NCBI RefSeq assembly: GCF_009914755.1 | Contig: NC_060929.1 | Length of the DNA: 64,000 nucleotides | Direction: 5' to 3' (one strand) | From: the human T2T-CHM13v2.0 reference genome, Homo sapiens | Shown here: positions 47,011 through 64,000 of the stretch, piece after piece | Layout of the letters: every line of letters starts with the position of its first letter | Position numbering within the stretch: the first letter of the stretch is position 1 | Translations under genes and position numbers: made by a program | Notes under the pieces: model-generated | What the model was told of the DNA's origin: nothing | What the model saw: only the letters and a program-made list of their open reading frames with translations | The model's database searches: none

Positions 47011-49692
47011 TGTTTTAAACACCAACCCTCCCTAGTCCTTTACTATTATCAACTCATTGACGGTCAAAATACATAAAATAATCTTTGCCTACTTCTTGTT
47101 ACTTGAGGATAAATGTCTACAAGAGGCATTGTTATATGCATATTTTGACATGGAGTGTTACCATTGTAACTGTACAAAATTTACAATCTCTCAAGTAATA
47201 TATGTGTGCCTGTTTCTTTACCCCTTTCCTAGACTGAGCATTACCAATCTTTCTATTTCTAGTAAATTGTCAAATTAATCTCAGAGAAGACTTAGAGACA
47301 GTCTTATTCACTTAGTTTATTTTCTCTCATGTGGCAAAAGGCAATTATAATAAAAGTCAACGTTTACTTTTAACTCATGATATGTATTACACAATCGGCC
47401 TCTCATAATAACTCAATCCTTATTTTTATAACTCTGCAATCAGGAAGGAACAATAAAATTTAATTCCAATATTGCTAAACCTAGGATAATTTTGTAGACT
47501 AGAGTGTCTAAGTGTCATAGTAACAATGGCTGAAAGAAAAGATGTTTTTCCATACCAACTGAAATATATGGATTATCTTGGTACAACAAAACTCTTCTAA
47601 ATTTATTTTATTTTATTAGTTTTGGCCACATGAGAAACAGCAAGAAATTCCACTGCTAGTCCTCCAAATAGGTAATCAGATATATCTGTGGTTATCTTCC
47701 CTCCATAAACATTTCCTAGTGATTTTGTTAACTATAATTCTGTAATACAAACCCTTTGGGTAATACTCCTATAGACATCCCACAATATATGCACTCCACA
47801 CAAAGAGATAAATGACAGTTATCTTCTGTAATCAAGCTCCTGCCAACTTAAGGTAAGTAATGTATGAGAAAGATAACCTAATGGCAAGGCTGGCAAGTCA
47901 TTCTACTATGTGTACTAAGCTCTTTCTCAACATCAAGTAACCAGACTTAACAATGATTTAAATTACTATATGAAGACTTTCATGGAATAATGATTTAATA
48001 TTTTGACTTATAACAAGACTAAGTATAAGAACATCACTATTTATTCATGATTAATAATGTACATGTATGTAACTCACATAAAAATACTATTAAACATATT
48101 ATTGCTTTACTTTACACAAAGACCCTAATGAAAAGTCTTATAATTAATTATAGAAAGATAATTTTCTCTCAAGACATAAATATTATCAGGTTTCTCTATT
48201 TGCTGTATCTTTGAGGAAGCTATTAATATTTTAAGACCTAAACTTAACTCCAAGTACGAAATACACTTTTACATTTGTGTTTCTAACTTAGCTTTACATA
48301 GGCATTTTATCCATTTTTAAAGTTAGGATTGCTTAATTCCTTTTTTGAAACAAAAAGCATAAAAAATACATAATTAATGGCATTGCTTTTATACCCAACT
48401 TTTATTATCTACAATAAAGATGTGATCATGTACAAATAACCAGATATGAAGAGCCACAAACCCACATATGCATTTGGAATTTACTCAGAACTATGTTTGA
48501 AAATACTCATGCACTAACATTTGTCCCGTTGTTTCCAGATTATCCTGAAGTTTGGTCCAAGACAAACTTGTTCAGATTTTCTGATTTAGATCACAGCTCT
48601 ATACTCTAGGAAAACATGGATACCTACACCTCAGTTAACTGAGTCTTAAATGGTGCTAGAGATTTCTTATTATTAAGGAAAGGAAATTATTAGTTGATAT
48701 TTTAAACATAGAAACAGAAAATATCATTCCAGATTAATCGATTCAACTCTAGATGAAAACAAATTTATATATTAAAACAAATTAACTGATCCATATTTAA
48801 AATAAGTAACAGAACCGTGAAGTGAGTGGAAGTGGCTGTGAGAAAAGAACTAACCAAGTGAATTTTGAGTACAGAATTAGGCATATAAAACATAAATAAT
48901 GCTAAAAGTCTACTTACTGAAATACTTTTCTTTGCCTTACTTCTCTTTTTCCATAGAGGCGTGAGTGGGTAATTCTGAAAGTAATTTTTGAAACCACATT
49001 CCACAGGTAAGAAAATCCTATGCAATATATAATATATTGTGAATAATGGGAGCCAGGCTTCTCACCGTAACTTCTCACAGAGTTACAGATACGAAAATGG
49101 AGAAGAACAGAATGAGCACTGCAATGATGGATTATCATTGTGAAATCCTAGGTTTAATGTATACAAATATCTGAATATACCCATGGATATAGGTATGTGT
49201 GGGTATGCATATATATGCACACATTTATATATGAGTATGTACATACATACACTTTCCCCCTAGATATGTCTACTAAAAGGACCTAGAAGCAAAAGCACAC
49301 CTACTCTCCAAATTTTGATTTCTAAAAACCATTCTTTACTGAAAGGAAACAGAGAGCCCTATAAAAGTAGCTGATTCCAAGGCTTGGATAAAAGAACAAG
49401 AGTCTCATATCTAAAACCAAAAAGTAAAAAAGTACTCAAAGAATGATAGTAACGTGTTAAAATGACAAGGGAGTCAACTAGAAGTACCTTGTACTGTCCA
49501 AATCCAGGACAGTATGAGGATTAAGATAAATAATGATATTAACCAACAATATTAAAGGATAACAACCTGCTAAATAAAGAATTCATGACTCCACACAGAA
49601 ACAAGCACGAAGAAACATTTTTATGCATAATAGAAAGCCAACTAATAAAAGAGGAAGAAATGATGAAATTACAAGATTTCCCCTTAGCAAAC

Positions 49693-50375
49693 CACTATGG
49701 TTTGAATATGTCTCCCAAAGTTCACATCTTGGAAGCTTAGACCAAAACGCAACAGTGTTAAGAGTTGGGACATTTAAGAGATGATTAGATCATGAGAGCA
49801 TTCCCTTCATGAATGGATTACTTTATCTGTTATCATAGGAGTAGGTTCCTTATAAAAGAATGAGTTTGGGCCAGGTGCGGTGGCTAAGGCCTGTAATCCC
49901 AGCACTTTGGGAGGCTAAGGTGGGTGGCTCACGAGGTCAGCAGATGGAGACCGTCCTGGCTAACACGGTGAAACCCCGTCTCTACTAAACAAAATACAAA
50001 AAATTAGCCGGGCGTGGTGGTGGGTGCCTGTAGTCCCAGCTACTCGGGAAACTGAGGCAGGAGAATGGCGAACCCGGGAGGTGGAGGTTGCAGTGAGCCG
50101 AGGCGGAGTCACTGCACTCCAGCCTGGGTGACAGAGCGAGACTCTGTCTCAAAAAAAAAAAAAAAAAAAAATGAGTTTGGCCCCCTTCTCCCTATTTCTT
50201 GCCCATGTGATACCTTTCATCATGTCATGATGCAGCAGGAAAAAGGACTGCACCAGATGCAGCCCCTTGATCCTGAACTTCTCAGCCTCCAGAACCATGA
50301 GCCAAATAAATTCTATTCATTATAAATTACCCAGTTTGTGGTATCTGTTACGGCAGCATTAAACCAATGAAAACA
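49693..50375 (+). mobile_element. MST-type MaLR solo LTR interrupted by an Alu
   Basis: CTATGGTTTGAATATGTCTCCCAAAGTTCA start; …AAATTACCCAGT…GCAGCATTAAACCAATGAAAACA end. Confidence 0.8.
49869..50170 (+). mobile_element. Alu (AluSc/Y-like) nested in MST LTR
   Basis: Full dimer; TSD AAAA(G/A)AATGAGTTTG. Confidence 0.95.
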
Positions 50376-50731
50376 GCAACCATCATAATAACACAAGTAA
50401 CTGATTTAGACAGGAATCACCAACGGATTCCAAAGCTATTGGGTAAGAAATTGAGGAATAACAGCATATTTACATGCTCTCATATTATCATGGTACAAAA
50501 TGCTTTTTAATTACAAAGGAGGAAAATAGTAACTTTACAGTGGAGAAATCTGGTAGGCACCACTTGAACTAAATGATCAAAGCTAAAATTGTCAGTAATG
50601 GTACTAAACAACAGCATCTACCTCTGGATATAAGGACTTAGCATCCCTACTGTGATATTCCTGCCCAAGTTGTATGACCTGACTATCATCCCCAGGAAAC
50701 ACAAAATAAACTCAAATTGAAAGATAGTCTA

Positions 50732-51097
50732 TGCTTTAGACTGAATGTTTACGTTGCCTCCAAATTCATATGTTGAAACTTAATCAGCAATATGATGGTA
50801 TTTACAGGTGTGGCCTTTTGGAAGTGATGAGATTATGGGGACAGAGCCCTCATGAATGGGATTAATGCCCTTATAAAAGAGACCCCAGAGAACTCTCTCT
50901 TCCTTTCTGCCATGTAAAAACACAGCAAGGAGACAGCTATTTATGAGCTAGAAAGCTGATCCTCACCAGACAGAAAATCTGCTTAGCACAGATCATGGGA
51001 TTTCTCAGCCTCCAGAACCATGAGAAATAAATTTCTGTTGTTTATAAACCATGAAGACTATGGTAGTTTGTTATAGCAGCCCAAATAAATCAAGAGA
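50732..51097 (+). mobile_element. MLT1A-type solo LTR
   Basis: TGCTTTAGACTGAATGTTT start; 5-bp TSD GTCTA/GTGTA. Confidence 0.85.
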
Positions 51098-52149
51098 GTG
51101 TACAAAACAATTGGCATGTAATTCTCCAAAAATATAAATGTCATGAAATAGTCTTTCACGAAGACTCAGAAACTGCTCCAGTTTAAAGGATATTAAAGAG
51201 ACATGACAACTGATTGAAAAGCATGATTTTGTAATTTCATTGGCTACACAGAACATTATTGGGACAATTATTGAAATTTAGAATAAAGTCTGTAGATTAG
51301 ATAACAACATTTTATCCATGTTAATTTGCTAATTTTAACCACTGAACTGTACCTATGTATGATAATTCCATGTTTTTAGGAATTATTTAAGTATTTAGAA
51401 GCAAAGGAGTATCATGTCTGCAACTTGCTCTTAATGTGTATCAATAAGGAAACGTGTGTATGGGTAGACGGATACATAGATGATTAGATAGACAGAAAGG
51501 TAGATATGAGAGACAGAGATTGAATAAAGTAAATGTAGTAAAATGTTAACATTTGGGGGATATTGGTGAGGGGTATCTGGGAATTCCTTGTGCTATTCTT
51601 GCCACTTTACAGTAAATCTGAAATTACATCAAATTAAAAATCAAAATCAATATAATATATTAACTTTATGGCTTATAGATATTTAAAGTTAGAATTGTCA
51701 AGTGACATTCTGGTGAATGCTTCAACTAGTTATAACTATTTTCCAAATATTATAAAGCACACTCAGCATAAAATCCTGCTTTTTGATACCTTACATATTT
51801 CGAGGACAACTAGATTTTTCAGTTATGTCTTTATAACCACACTGTACAGAAAGTAAATATATATCGAGCAGAAAATAGCTATTCGTGACAAATCTCACAC
51901 CTGAGATTAAGAGTCTGCTAAATCGTTCCATTACATTTTGGCCTTATGCCCTATATTTTTATCTTCTTTTATCAAAATGTGATTTCTTCATTGTAATTTA
52001 TTAGTAGTTTTTAGATATAGACAACATATTTAAATATATAGTATCACCATCTTTTTTGTTTGGTAGAATCATACCATTTTAGTATGCCATAACAGAATTA
52101 TATACATCAATATTTTTGTCATTCAGCCTGGCCCACATGACTCTGAGAT

Positions 52150-52670
52150 GTTCTGAATTGGATTGGGCTCATAGAATAAAGTCCAAACTACTTGCCAAGA
52201 CCCGATGCCCCATATAATCTGGCTTTAGGCCAATTTTGCAGATTTCTCTTTGACCGTAATCCCATAAATTCCCTATGACATGCAAGGCTCTCTGTACTAC
52301 AAACCTTTTCTATGCTCCTTCATATAACCATGAACTTGAAAATGATGCCTATTCAACTGTCAACTCCTAACGAGCTAGTCACCCTCCAAGACAAAACTCA
52401 ATGTCAAGTCCTGCTTTAAATCCTCCATCCCTCCCTGAGCACTGCCCTCCCTTCTTTCCCAAAAGGTTATTCTTCCTTCTTCTGTCTCCTCATATCTTTT
52501 GCTCATACTTCAAACATTTCTGTCATATTTTAATGTATTCTACAGTATTATCTTTTCCATTAGACTGTCATGTTTTATCATTTTTTTCTGATCCTCTCCC
52601 CCACAGAGCATAGAAAAGTGGCTAGCACAAATGCAGCTCTCGATACCATTTTTTTGAATAAATGGATAAC
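52150..52670 (+). mobile_element. LINE-2 3' fragment
   Basis: AGAATAAAGTCCAAACT…TTAGACTGT…GCTAGCACA…TTTTTGAATAAATGGA. Confidence 0.65.
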
Positions 52671-52873
52671 AAAAAACAATAAATATCACAGAAAAATACA
52701 AGAATTTTTGAATTACAAAAGAGAATGGTAATTATTAGCCACTAGGTTGTACAGAGTAACCTTCATGAAGGAAGTGGTAACTGATTTGGGCATGAAGAAT
52801 GAGTAAGATGTGGAGATAGAAGGCATTGTAATAGAAAATAAGAAACAGAAAGAACCAAGATCTAACAGTCTCT

Positions 52874-53301
52874 GTGTGGGGCCGTGAGGATATGCTGCAG
52901 ACCTCCAACTATAGGAACTATAACCAGCAAAGGGCCCCAACTGATGCCTCTGAAATTCACTGCAACATTTTAGCTAAGGCCATACCTCCCATGCCCTGCT
53001 TCCTGGTATTTACTGAGCACAGAGGGCATGTTGTGGCAGACACATTCCTGGGAAACAGGATTCCTCTGATGGCTGATTTTGGCTTGAGGACTCCCATATG
53101 CCTTTGGCTAGCCCAATCAAGGATGCTCTCACCAATTCTCTCTCCCTTCTTTACTCAGAGTCAAACTTGGATCATGCTTTGACGTTTCCCTCAGCCTTAA
53201 CTGGCTCCCTCCTTATATTCCTCTACAAGGGCATTTCCTAAAATTCTTGCATTTCTAATCCCATTTTGGCATGGGCTTCTTGCAAGACTCAGACTAACAC
53301 A
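52874..53301 (+). mobile_element. ERVL solo LTR (LTR16-like)
   Basis: TGTGTGGGGCCGTGAGGATATGC…AGGGCCCCAACTG start; AGACTAACACA end. Confidence 0.62.
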
Positions 53302-54150
53302 TAGAGTATAGAGTATGTATGGAGTAAATAGGGAATTAAAGCTGATGAAGCAAATTGGGACTTTGTTACTGAGAACAACATGCCAATTCAATACATTGTG
53401 CCAAGGCAGGATAAATCTTTATTTTCTAATATGAACATAACTGTCTATGTAGTTTTTAGATTTCACAAGTGGCAAGGAATTTATAACTTCCTTTTGAGAA
53501 CTATTTCATAGTTTAATCATCTTTCACAGCTCACGTAGGTCTTTACTAAATCCTTTGTGATTTAAGATCATTTCTTCCAGCTCTTCTGTGGTGATAGATT
53601 ACAGCCAACTTTAGACATACTAAATTAACTACATCAACTCTTAGTCATAACAGGAATTCCTTCTACAATATTATGCACACAAGGTCTTGCAGGGCCATTT
53701 GTCACTTTTTCTATTTGATACAAAATTATTTCTCATTAATAATCTAATCATGAAACACCTGTTTGTTAGGCACTGAAAAAATTTTCCCTGTTTGAAAGCA
53801 GAAAAACAAAGATTTGTATGTTTACTTCAGAGAGGATTTTGTGATTTCTAATAGGAAGTAAACAATTGTTTTTCTTTTCTCAAGTCTTTTAAACTACTCT
53901 GCCTTCTATTGACAGAGTAAGAAATTAAATCTTCAATTATTTAACATAGCATTTTATCTAATTAAAAATAACAGATTTTTTTTTTCTGCCAAAGATTTGA
54001 AACAGAGATGGAAAGCATGTGTGGGAAATTCTGTTACCTTTCCAGATCTCTGCTTGAATAAAATAAAGGCATTTTCTGACCACGATAAGCACACTGTCTG
54101 ATCCAGATCCTCCAAGTATGCAAATCAACAGGAAAAGTTCCAGCAGCAAG

Positions 54151-54223
54151 ACTTACCCATCTGCACAGAGTTTCAAAAATGGTGATGTACTTACCTAAAA
54201 TAGAAAGAGAGATGACATTAGTG
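54151..54223 (-). other. Candidate recursive splice site with 38-nt RS-exon (54194-54157)
   Basis: Minus strand: CACTAAT gtcatctctctttctattttAG|GTAAGTACATCACCATTTTTGAAACTCTGTGCAGATGG|GTAAGT. Confidence 0.55.
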
Positions 54224-54459
54224 ACATTCATCGCAGCTTAGACACATAGTGAAAAACACATTCTAGAAGGCAGTTAGAGCATCTGTTCCCCTCACCATTG
54301 CCAAGACCCAGTTTTAAGGCTTTTGTTTATGACACAACAGGCCAGATGGTGGTGTCTCTCACTGTCCAAGTTTACTCTGAGTACACTTCATAGGTATTTG
54401 TTCAATAAATACTGAAAAAGATTATAACAATCAACTAAGCAAGAACTATGATTTAATAA

Positions 54460-54722
54460 CAGCAGCAAATTTAACATCTATTGAGGGATTACTTGCCTGC
54501 CAAGCCCAGTGCAATATGCTTTGCATATTTTCCCATTTACTCTTTAGATAGTGGACATGAGGTAAGTACTATTATTATACCTATTGTAAAGATGAAGTAA
54601 ATGAGCTTAGGGAAGTTCATTAACTTGCCTAAAGTCGCTCACACAACTAGAAAGTGTTGGAGCTGAAGTTTTCACAGGCTCTCAGATTCTAGAGCCCACT
54701 TTCATGATCTTTATGCTATATT
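54460..54722 (-). mobile_element. MIR, near full length
   Basis: AACATCTATTGAG…GAGGTAAGTACTATTATT…TAACTTGCCTAAAGTC…CTAGAAAGTG. Confidence 0.75.
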
Positions 54723-55475
54723 GCCAAAACCCACTGGGAAATAAAGATATATATCATTACCAGTACTTTGTTAAATAATACATTTTAAAAATAGAAATGA
54801 TCACAATTTTAGAATTTGGGAAAATGAACAATGCCTAGTACACAGCAGCTGTTCAATAATATCTGTTGAGTGAATGAAAGAATAAGCAAAGAAATGTCAC
54901 TGATATTTAATAAATATACACAGGTTATATCTCAACACAACAAATATTTACCCACAGAGCACTCTACTGTACAGCTTATTTCTTTCTTCCTACAGATGAC
55001 TATGTACCACTATTTTAATCTGCTGATTATTTGAAGGTGAGAACTAAATGCTCTTAAGTGAGAAAGATGATGGATCAATCTAGACCAAATGACTGGGGAG
55101 TTACCAAGGAGAGGATGGAATTGTCAAATCTTCAAATGGCATGTTACTCAACATATAAAATCCTTCTGTAATTGAAGAAGCAATTAACAAACACCATTTA
55201 ACAGTTCAACTTTCTTCAGCCCTTTGGTTACTCATTTTGGTAGAGGTTCTCATTAGCAACAAAATATTAAAGAAAGAAGCAGCTAAGAGAGAAATAGAAA
55301 CATGAGACTGGCTATTTGAAAGAATGCTGTAATTGAAAAACAAGAAATACTCAGCACCTCAAATTCATAAAGAGATAATCATCAAGTTATCTCATGTTTT
55401 GACATTGATAACATATTCCAATGAATCAATTTTTAAAATAATTATAACACCCTAAAAGAAAATTACCCTCTAGTA

Positions 55476-59982
<4,507 letters not shown>

Positions 59983-61464
59983 TGGGAAAAGAGACAGAGC
60001 CAAACTATTTTAAGATGATCTAGCTATGATGTGCAAAAAATAAGCTTAATAATATAATAATGAAAGTTGTATGTAATACTTTCCTTTCATTCAATAAATA
60101 TTATTTTATATAGGAAGTTCATTTTATAATACATGTCAAGTCATAGGGGTGAGATAGGAAAGAGGCACATTTATGGCCTTCATTATTAAGCCATATGAGG
60201 GGTAAGTTTAGAAACAAAACAACCTGGGCAAAATATAAATTGGCTATAAGTAGGTCATAGATATTTACGTTTCTTGTTAAAATATATGATAGGAAGAATT
60301 CATAGGTTTCATCCTCTGGCTTTAGACTGTGATATTACCTATTCATGTGGGAAAAGTTCTTCTTAATGTATAGGAAAAAAGGTTCTGATACGTAGAATAT
60401 CCTTTGTTCCATTTTTGAATTGATAGTGCAATTAGTTAAGAAATAAGACATAGGAAGACTTGAGAACCTAGGTATTTTACAGAGTTTTAAAGAGAGAGCT
60501 CTTGGTCTTCTTGGGAGGGTCTTAAGGATCCGCTTTTTATTGTTGTATTCTTTGTTCATGTAATTTGTGCTGCTTGCCTTGGTTTGACCATGGTTCTATA
60601 GCAAAGCAGAATTCCAAGGGGATTGGGTGAAAGAAGAACTCTTAAGTTATGGCTGGTTTTCCCAGAACCAGTTTCTTAAATAGCCTCTAAAATCTTCATC
60701 TTTTTCCAAATAAACATTATTAGTAATCTCTTTAAGAGTAAACCCCATCACCTCATATTACTCTCACGTACTGAGCTTTTAATATACATCAAGAAGATTA
60801 AGCACACACCTCAGGTATTAAAATGTGTTTCCTCTGCAATCTCATTTTATATCAAACATCAGTATGGTTATCTCATGTTGTAGAGTATTGCTGAACTAGA
60901 TTCTATGTTGGCTGAGCTCTAATTTAAGTTTAGATACAGCTCAAGCCCTACATAGAAGCACATTTAAATGCATCGCTTTAGCTTGTTTCTGTAGCATTTA
61001 AAGGTTCTGGCATCATGGAAATGATTTTGGAGGTATTCTGAGTGCCTCTGTTGATTTTACCAGACTTGTGACCTTAGGCAAATGGCTTAATTTCTCTTCC
61101 TCACTTTTCATTTTGCAATGAGAACATGAATATTAACCATTTACATAATTATAACCAAAGTTATGAGGCTAAAGTATGAGAAGAGTGACAGGGACAGACA
61201 AGTATTCAAATAAGAAGTTGTTTGCTAAGGTCTATTTAATGTATTATAGTATGAGCAAGAAAAGTTTTCAGCTTTGTGCACATTAATTATAATATTAAAG
61301 CTGACAGGGTTGAGAATATTTGCTAATTTAAAAATTATAAAGTTGTTCATCAGAATGATGTAAATATACTCTAGAAGACCCTGAAATTGTATATGTTTTC
61401 AAGTTTTGAATAAACAACATAACTGAAGGAAAAAAATAGTAAAAAATATATAAATAAAATAAAG
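59983..61464 (+). other. Putative L1 3'-transduced segment with its own poly(A) signal (AATAAA 61409-61414) and decayed A-tail (61430-61464)
   Basis: Enclosed with the L1 by a perfect 21-bp direct repeat AAAGAAAATTACCCTCTAGTA (55455-55475 and 61465-61485). Confidence 0.85.
61030..61220 (+). mobile_element. MIR inside the transduced segment
   Basis: TTGTGACCTTAGGCAAATGGCTTAATTTCTCT core. Confidence 0.6.
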
Positions 61465-63851
61465 AAAGAAAATTACCCTCTAGTAATTCAAGTCCCCTTT
61501 TTCATAAGCGGTGCCAGAGTAAAATAAACCAATAAAACATGAGAGACTTCACTCAAATGTCCAGAATCTTTACCAAAAATAGTCAACATGAAAAGTCTTT
61601 ATACCTGCAATGTTTTCCACTGCTTTTCTCAGTATTATTTATAGATCTGAGTTATATATTAAAAGTGGTTATTAAAGCTAAGCCAAAAAGAAGGAAGGCT
61701 GATAAAGTTTTAAGCAGTTTTGTTTCAAGATCAAACTGGACAGATCTGCAAAGAAAATCACAACTATTTGCAAATTTTAGTGAAACAAATGGAACTTTTA
61801 CAGCAAATTCAATGTTTACCCTTAAAGATAATTGAACTTAATGACTCAAAACTTTAATTATGAGGTAGTTACAAATGTATGTGGTTCCATTTTGATAAAG
61901 ACCTGGGAGAGGATCCAAGGAGCAAAGTTATTTGCAAAAAAAGTTAGGCAAGATTTGATGGAGTGTACTTGTTGAATACGAATGACTGAAAAGTATTTTT
62001 TAATCTACTTCCTTGTGATGATAATAAGGTTCTGTTTAACATTAGATCTGTCAGTGAGCAGATAAAGGAAAGAATCTAAATAAGATTCACTTTCAATAAG
62101 CTCGGAGTAGTCTATGGATTAGGATTTATACCTCCATTCTACTGAATATGTGGATCAGTTCTAAGAGAGAAAATATTATGAAAATAAGACATCAAAGGTT
62201 GATGCCTTAAGGGCTAAAGAAATACAGGCAACTCAGAAAATGAATAGCATTTGAATTTATACTCGGGGAGGAAAAAAAGGACTTCAAAGAACAGTCATAT
62301 TTATTCACTAGATTAAGGCAGACATTTTTCCAGTACAAAGTCTGTGACACAATTCTTCACCCCTGTCCAATCCCAGCCTCCATTTTCAAATATCTTGGCC
62401 ATGCAGCAGTTTCTTTTCAAACGAAATGAAACAAAACAAAACTTTATTATTTTATTGAAATTCTAGTCACTTCCTTCACAAACTCCCAATAACTCAGTGT
62501 ATTTATTCCTCTATAAAGTAAGTGCAGATCAGAAGAATGAGTTATACACCAGGTTGGCCGTCTTCGCTGGGAAGATGGTTAGGTCAGCTTGAAGTGAAGT
62601 CAGTAGTTGTGGTTTACTCTATGTCTATGTCTGGCACTGCGCAGTGAGCCTCTGTTCTTAAAGGAATCTTATTTTAATCTTCTTGGGAAGGCAAGACATT
62701 CATACTTGAAACAACTATTAAATGATGCAAAACAACTTACAATTAAATGTAAATTACACGGTGGAGACATCAAATGCTACAGGAATTAAAAGAAATGAAG
62801 AAAAGATGTTTCAGCTGTTGTGTGGGATTACAGCAATATGTTGTAACTGGGTGGGAGACTATTAAGAGACTCCTGATAGGGAATGTGCATCCAGTACATC
62901 TTCTTCTTGACCACATTCAGAGTCCCGCATAGAGATTTCTGGAAGAGCGTGGGAGCTGCTTCAGAACAAAGCCAATGTCTTGAGAAGGACCATGGATCTA
63001 CGGTGATGTTTGAAGAGCAAGATTAAAATGTATACTGTATCCCTATGACCATTTGCTCCTACAAATCACAGGTTATTAATTGATTATAACTAGTAACACA
63101 CATAACAGTCTACTTCTAAAGGACTTTTACCAAACATTACTATTAATAACTTTTGCTGAAGGATGTTCATTAATTCACACAGTAACTACTCATAGGTCAG
63201 CTCTCCACCAAGGAGGCACAGAGAGGTGCTCATAATCATGAAACTTTCAAATTGTATTAAAGTCGGGACCCCCCAGGAATACCCATCTGACTTACACTTA
63301 TATCTAATCAAGGTCAGCCACTTTGAAATCTCCATGGTCTCTAACCTTTTAGGATCTTTTCTTTCAAAATTTAATGAGCAGCTCAAATCCATATCTTTTA
63401 TTTATCATAGAACCCAAACATCCGGGCTTCAATAATGCTTCTGCATTTTTGAAAAAAAAAAAATATCGAGTCAAGGAGCATTTATTCCAGTGTGAGTCTT
63501 CTGCCAACTGCTACCCTACTGACCCACCCCTCATTTACAAGGGCCCCTTCTTTACTCTTAGCTCCTCACAGTATATTACAATTGCTTCCCCAAGGCAGGA
63601 ACTGCACCTTTTATTGCCATAATATTATACCAAATGTCATCTCTGTGCATAACACGTTATGTATGCAACATGTTTGTTGAAATAGCCGAATTGTTTCACT
63701 AGTTATCTGATAGTTTAACTACTCAGGCCAATGGTCAAGTCACTCTTGTCTGGGCCCTAGCAACTCTCTGCATGATGCATATTGGACCTTGAAGTCCTTT
63801 CAAGATGAACTACACAGACTGGTGACATATTCAAAAATGGTGTGTATTTGA

Positions 63852-64000
<149 letters not shown>

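Larger units (their letters stand above)
48930..51640 (+). mobile_element. Old L1MC/MD 3' region carrying nested LTR and Alu insertions
   Basis: GAGCCAGGCTTCTCAC, AAAATAGTAACTTTACAGTGGAGAAATCTGG and GGGAATTCCTTGTGCTATTCTTGC motifs; boundaries approximate. Confidence 0.72.

Noticed and set aside
48914-49025. Overlapping exon-like signals on both strands (+: …TTTTTCCATAG|50 nt|GTAAGA; -: …TCA|GTAAGTA)
   Set aside because: They lie in or at the edge of an old L1MC/MD fragment and encode no recognisable peptide; exonisation is possible but unsupported.
62520-63400. Unique, slightly GC-richer stretch as coding exons
   Set aside because: No convincing splice-site pair or recognisable peptide in any frame.

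Overview
AT-rich primate (human-like) intronic or intergenic DNA dominated by interspersed repeats: two primate L1PA elements on the + strand, about 16 Alu/monomer copies, MaLR/ERVL solo LTRs, hAT and Tigger DNA transposons, and old L1M/L2/MIR fragments. No intact protein-coding gene or RNA gene can be supported; the long ORFs are broken L1 ORF1/ORF2, Alu-derived or simple-repeat translations. Four features stand out. (1) The L1 at 55476-59982 appears to carry a ~1.45 kb 3' transduction: its 21-bp target-site duplication reappears only at 61465-61485, after a second AATAAA and A-rich tail. (2) A recursive-splice-site-like / RS-exon architecture lies on the minus strand at 54151-54223 (branch point, pyrimidine tract, AG|GTAAGT, 38 nt, second GTAAGT donor). 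(3) A ~680-bp imperfect inverted repeat with ~250-bp arms at 24944-25620 is not explained by any repeat I recognise. (4) A 226-nt pure-purine GAA tract with (GAA)26 grew from an Alu tail and sits between inverted Alus. Repeat subfamily calls are by eye from recalled consensus sequences and need RepeatMasker/Dfam confirmation; I cannot identify the host locus.
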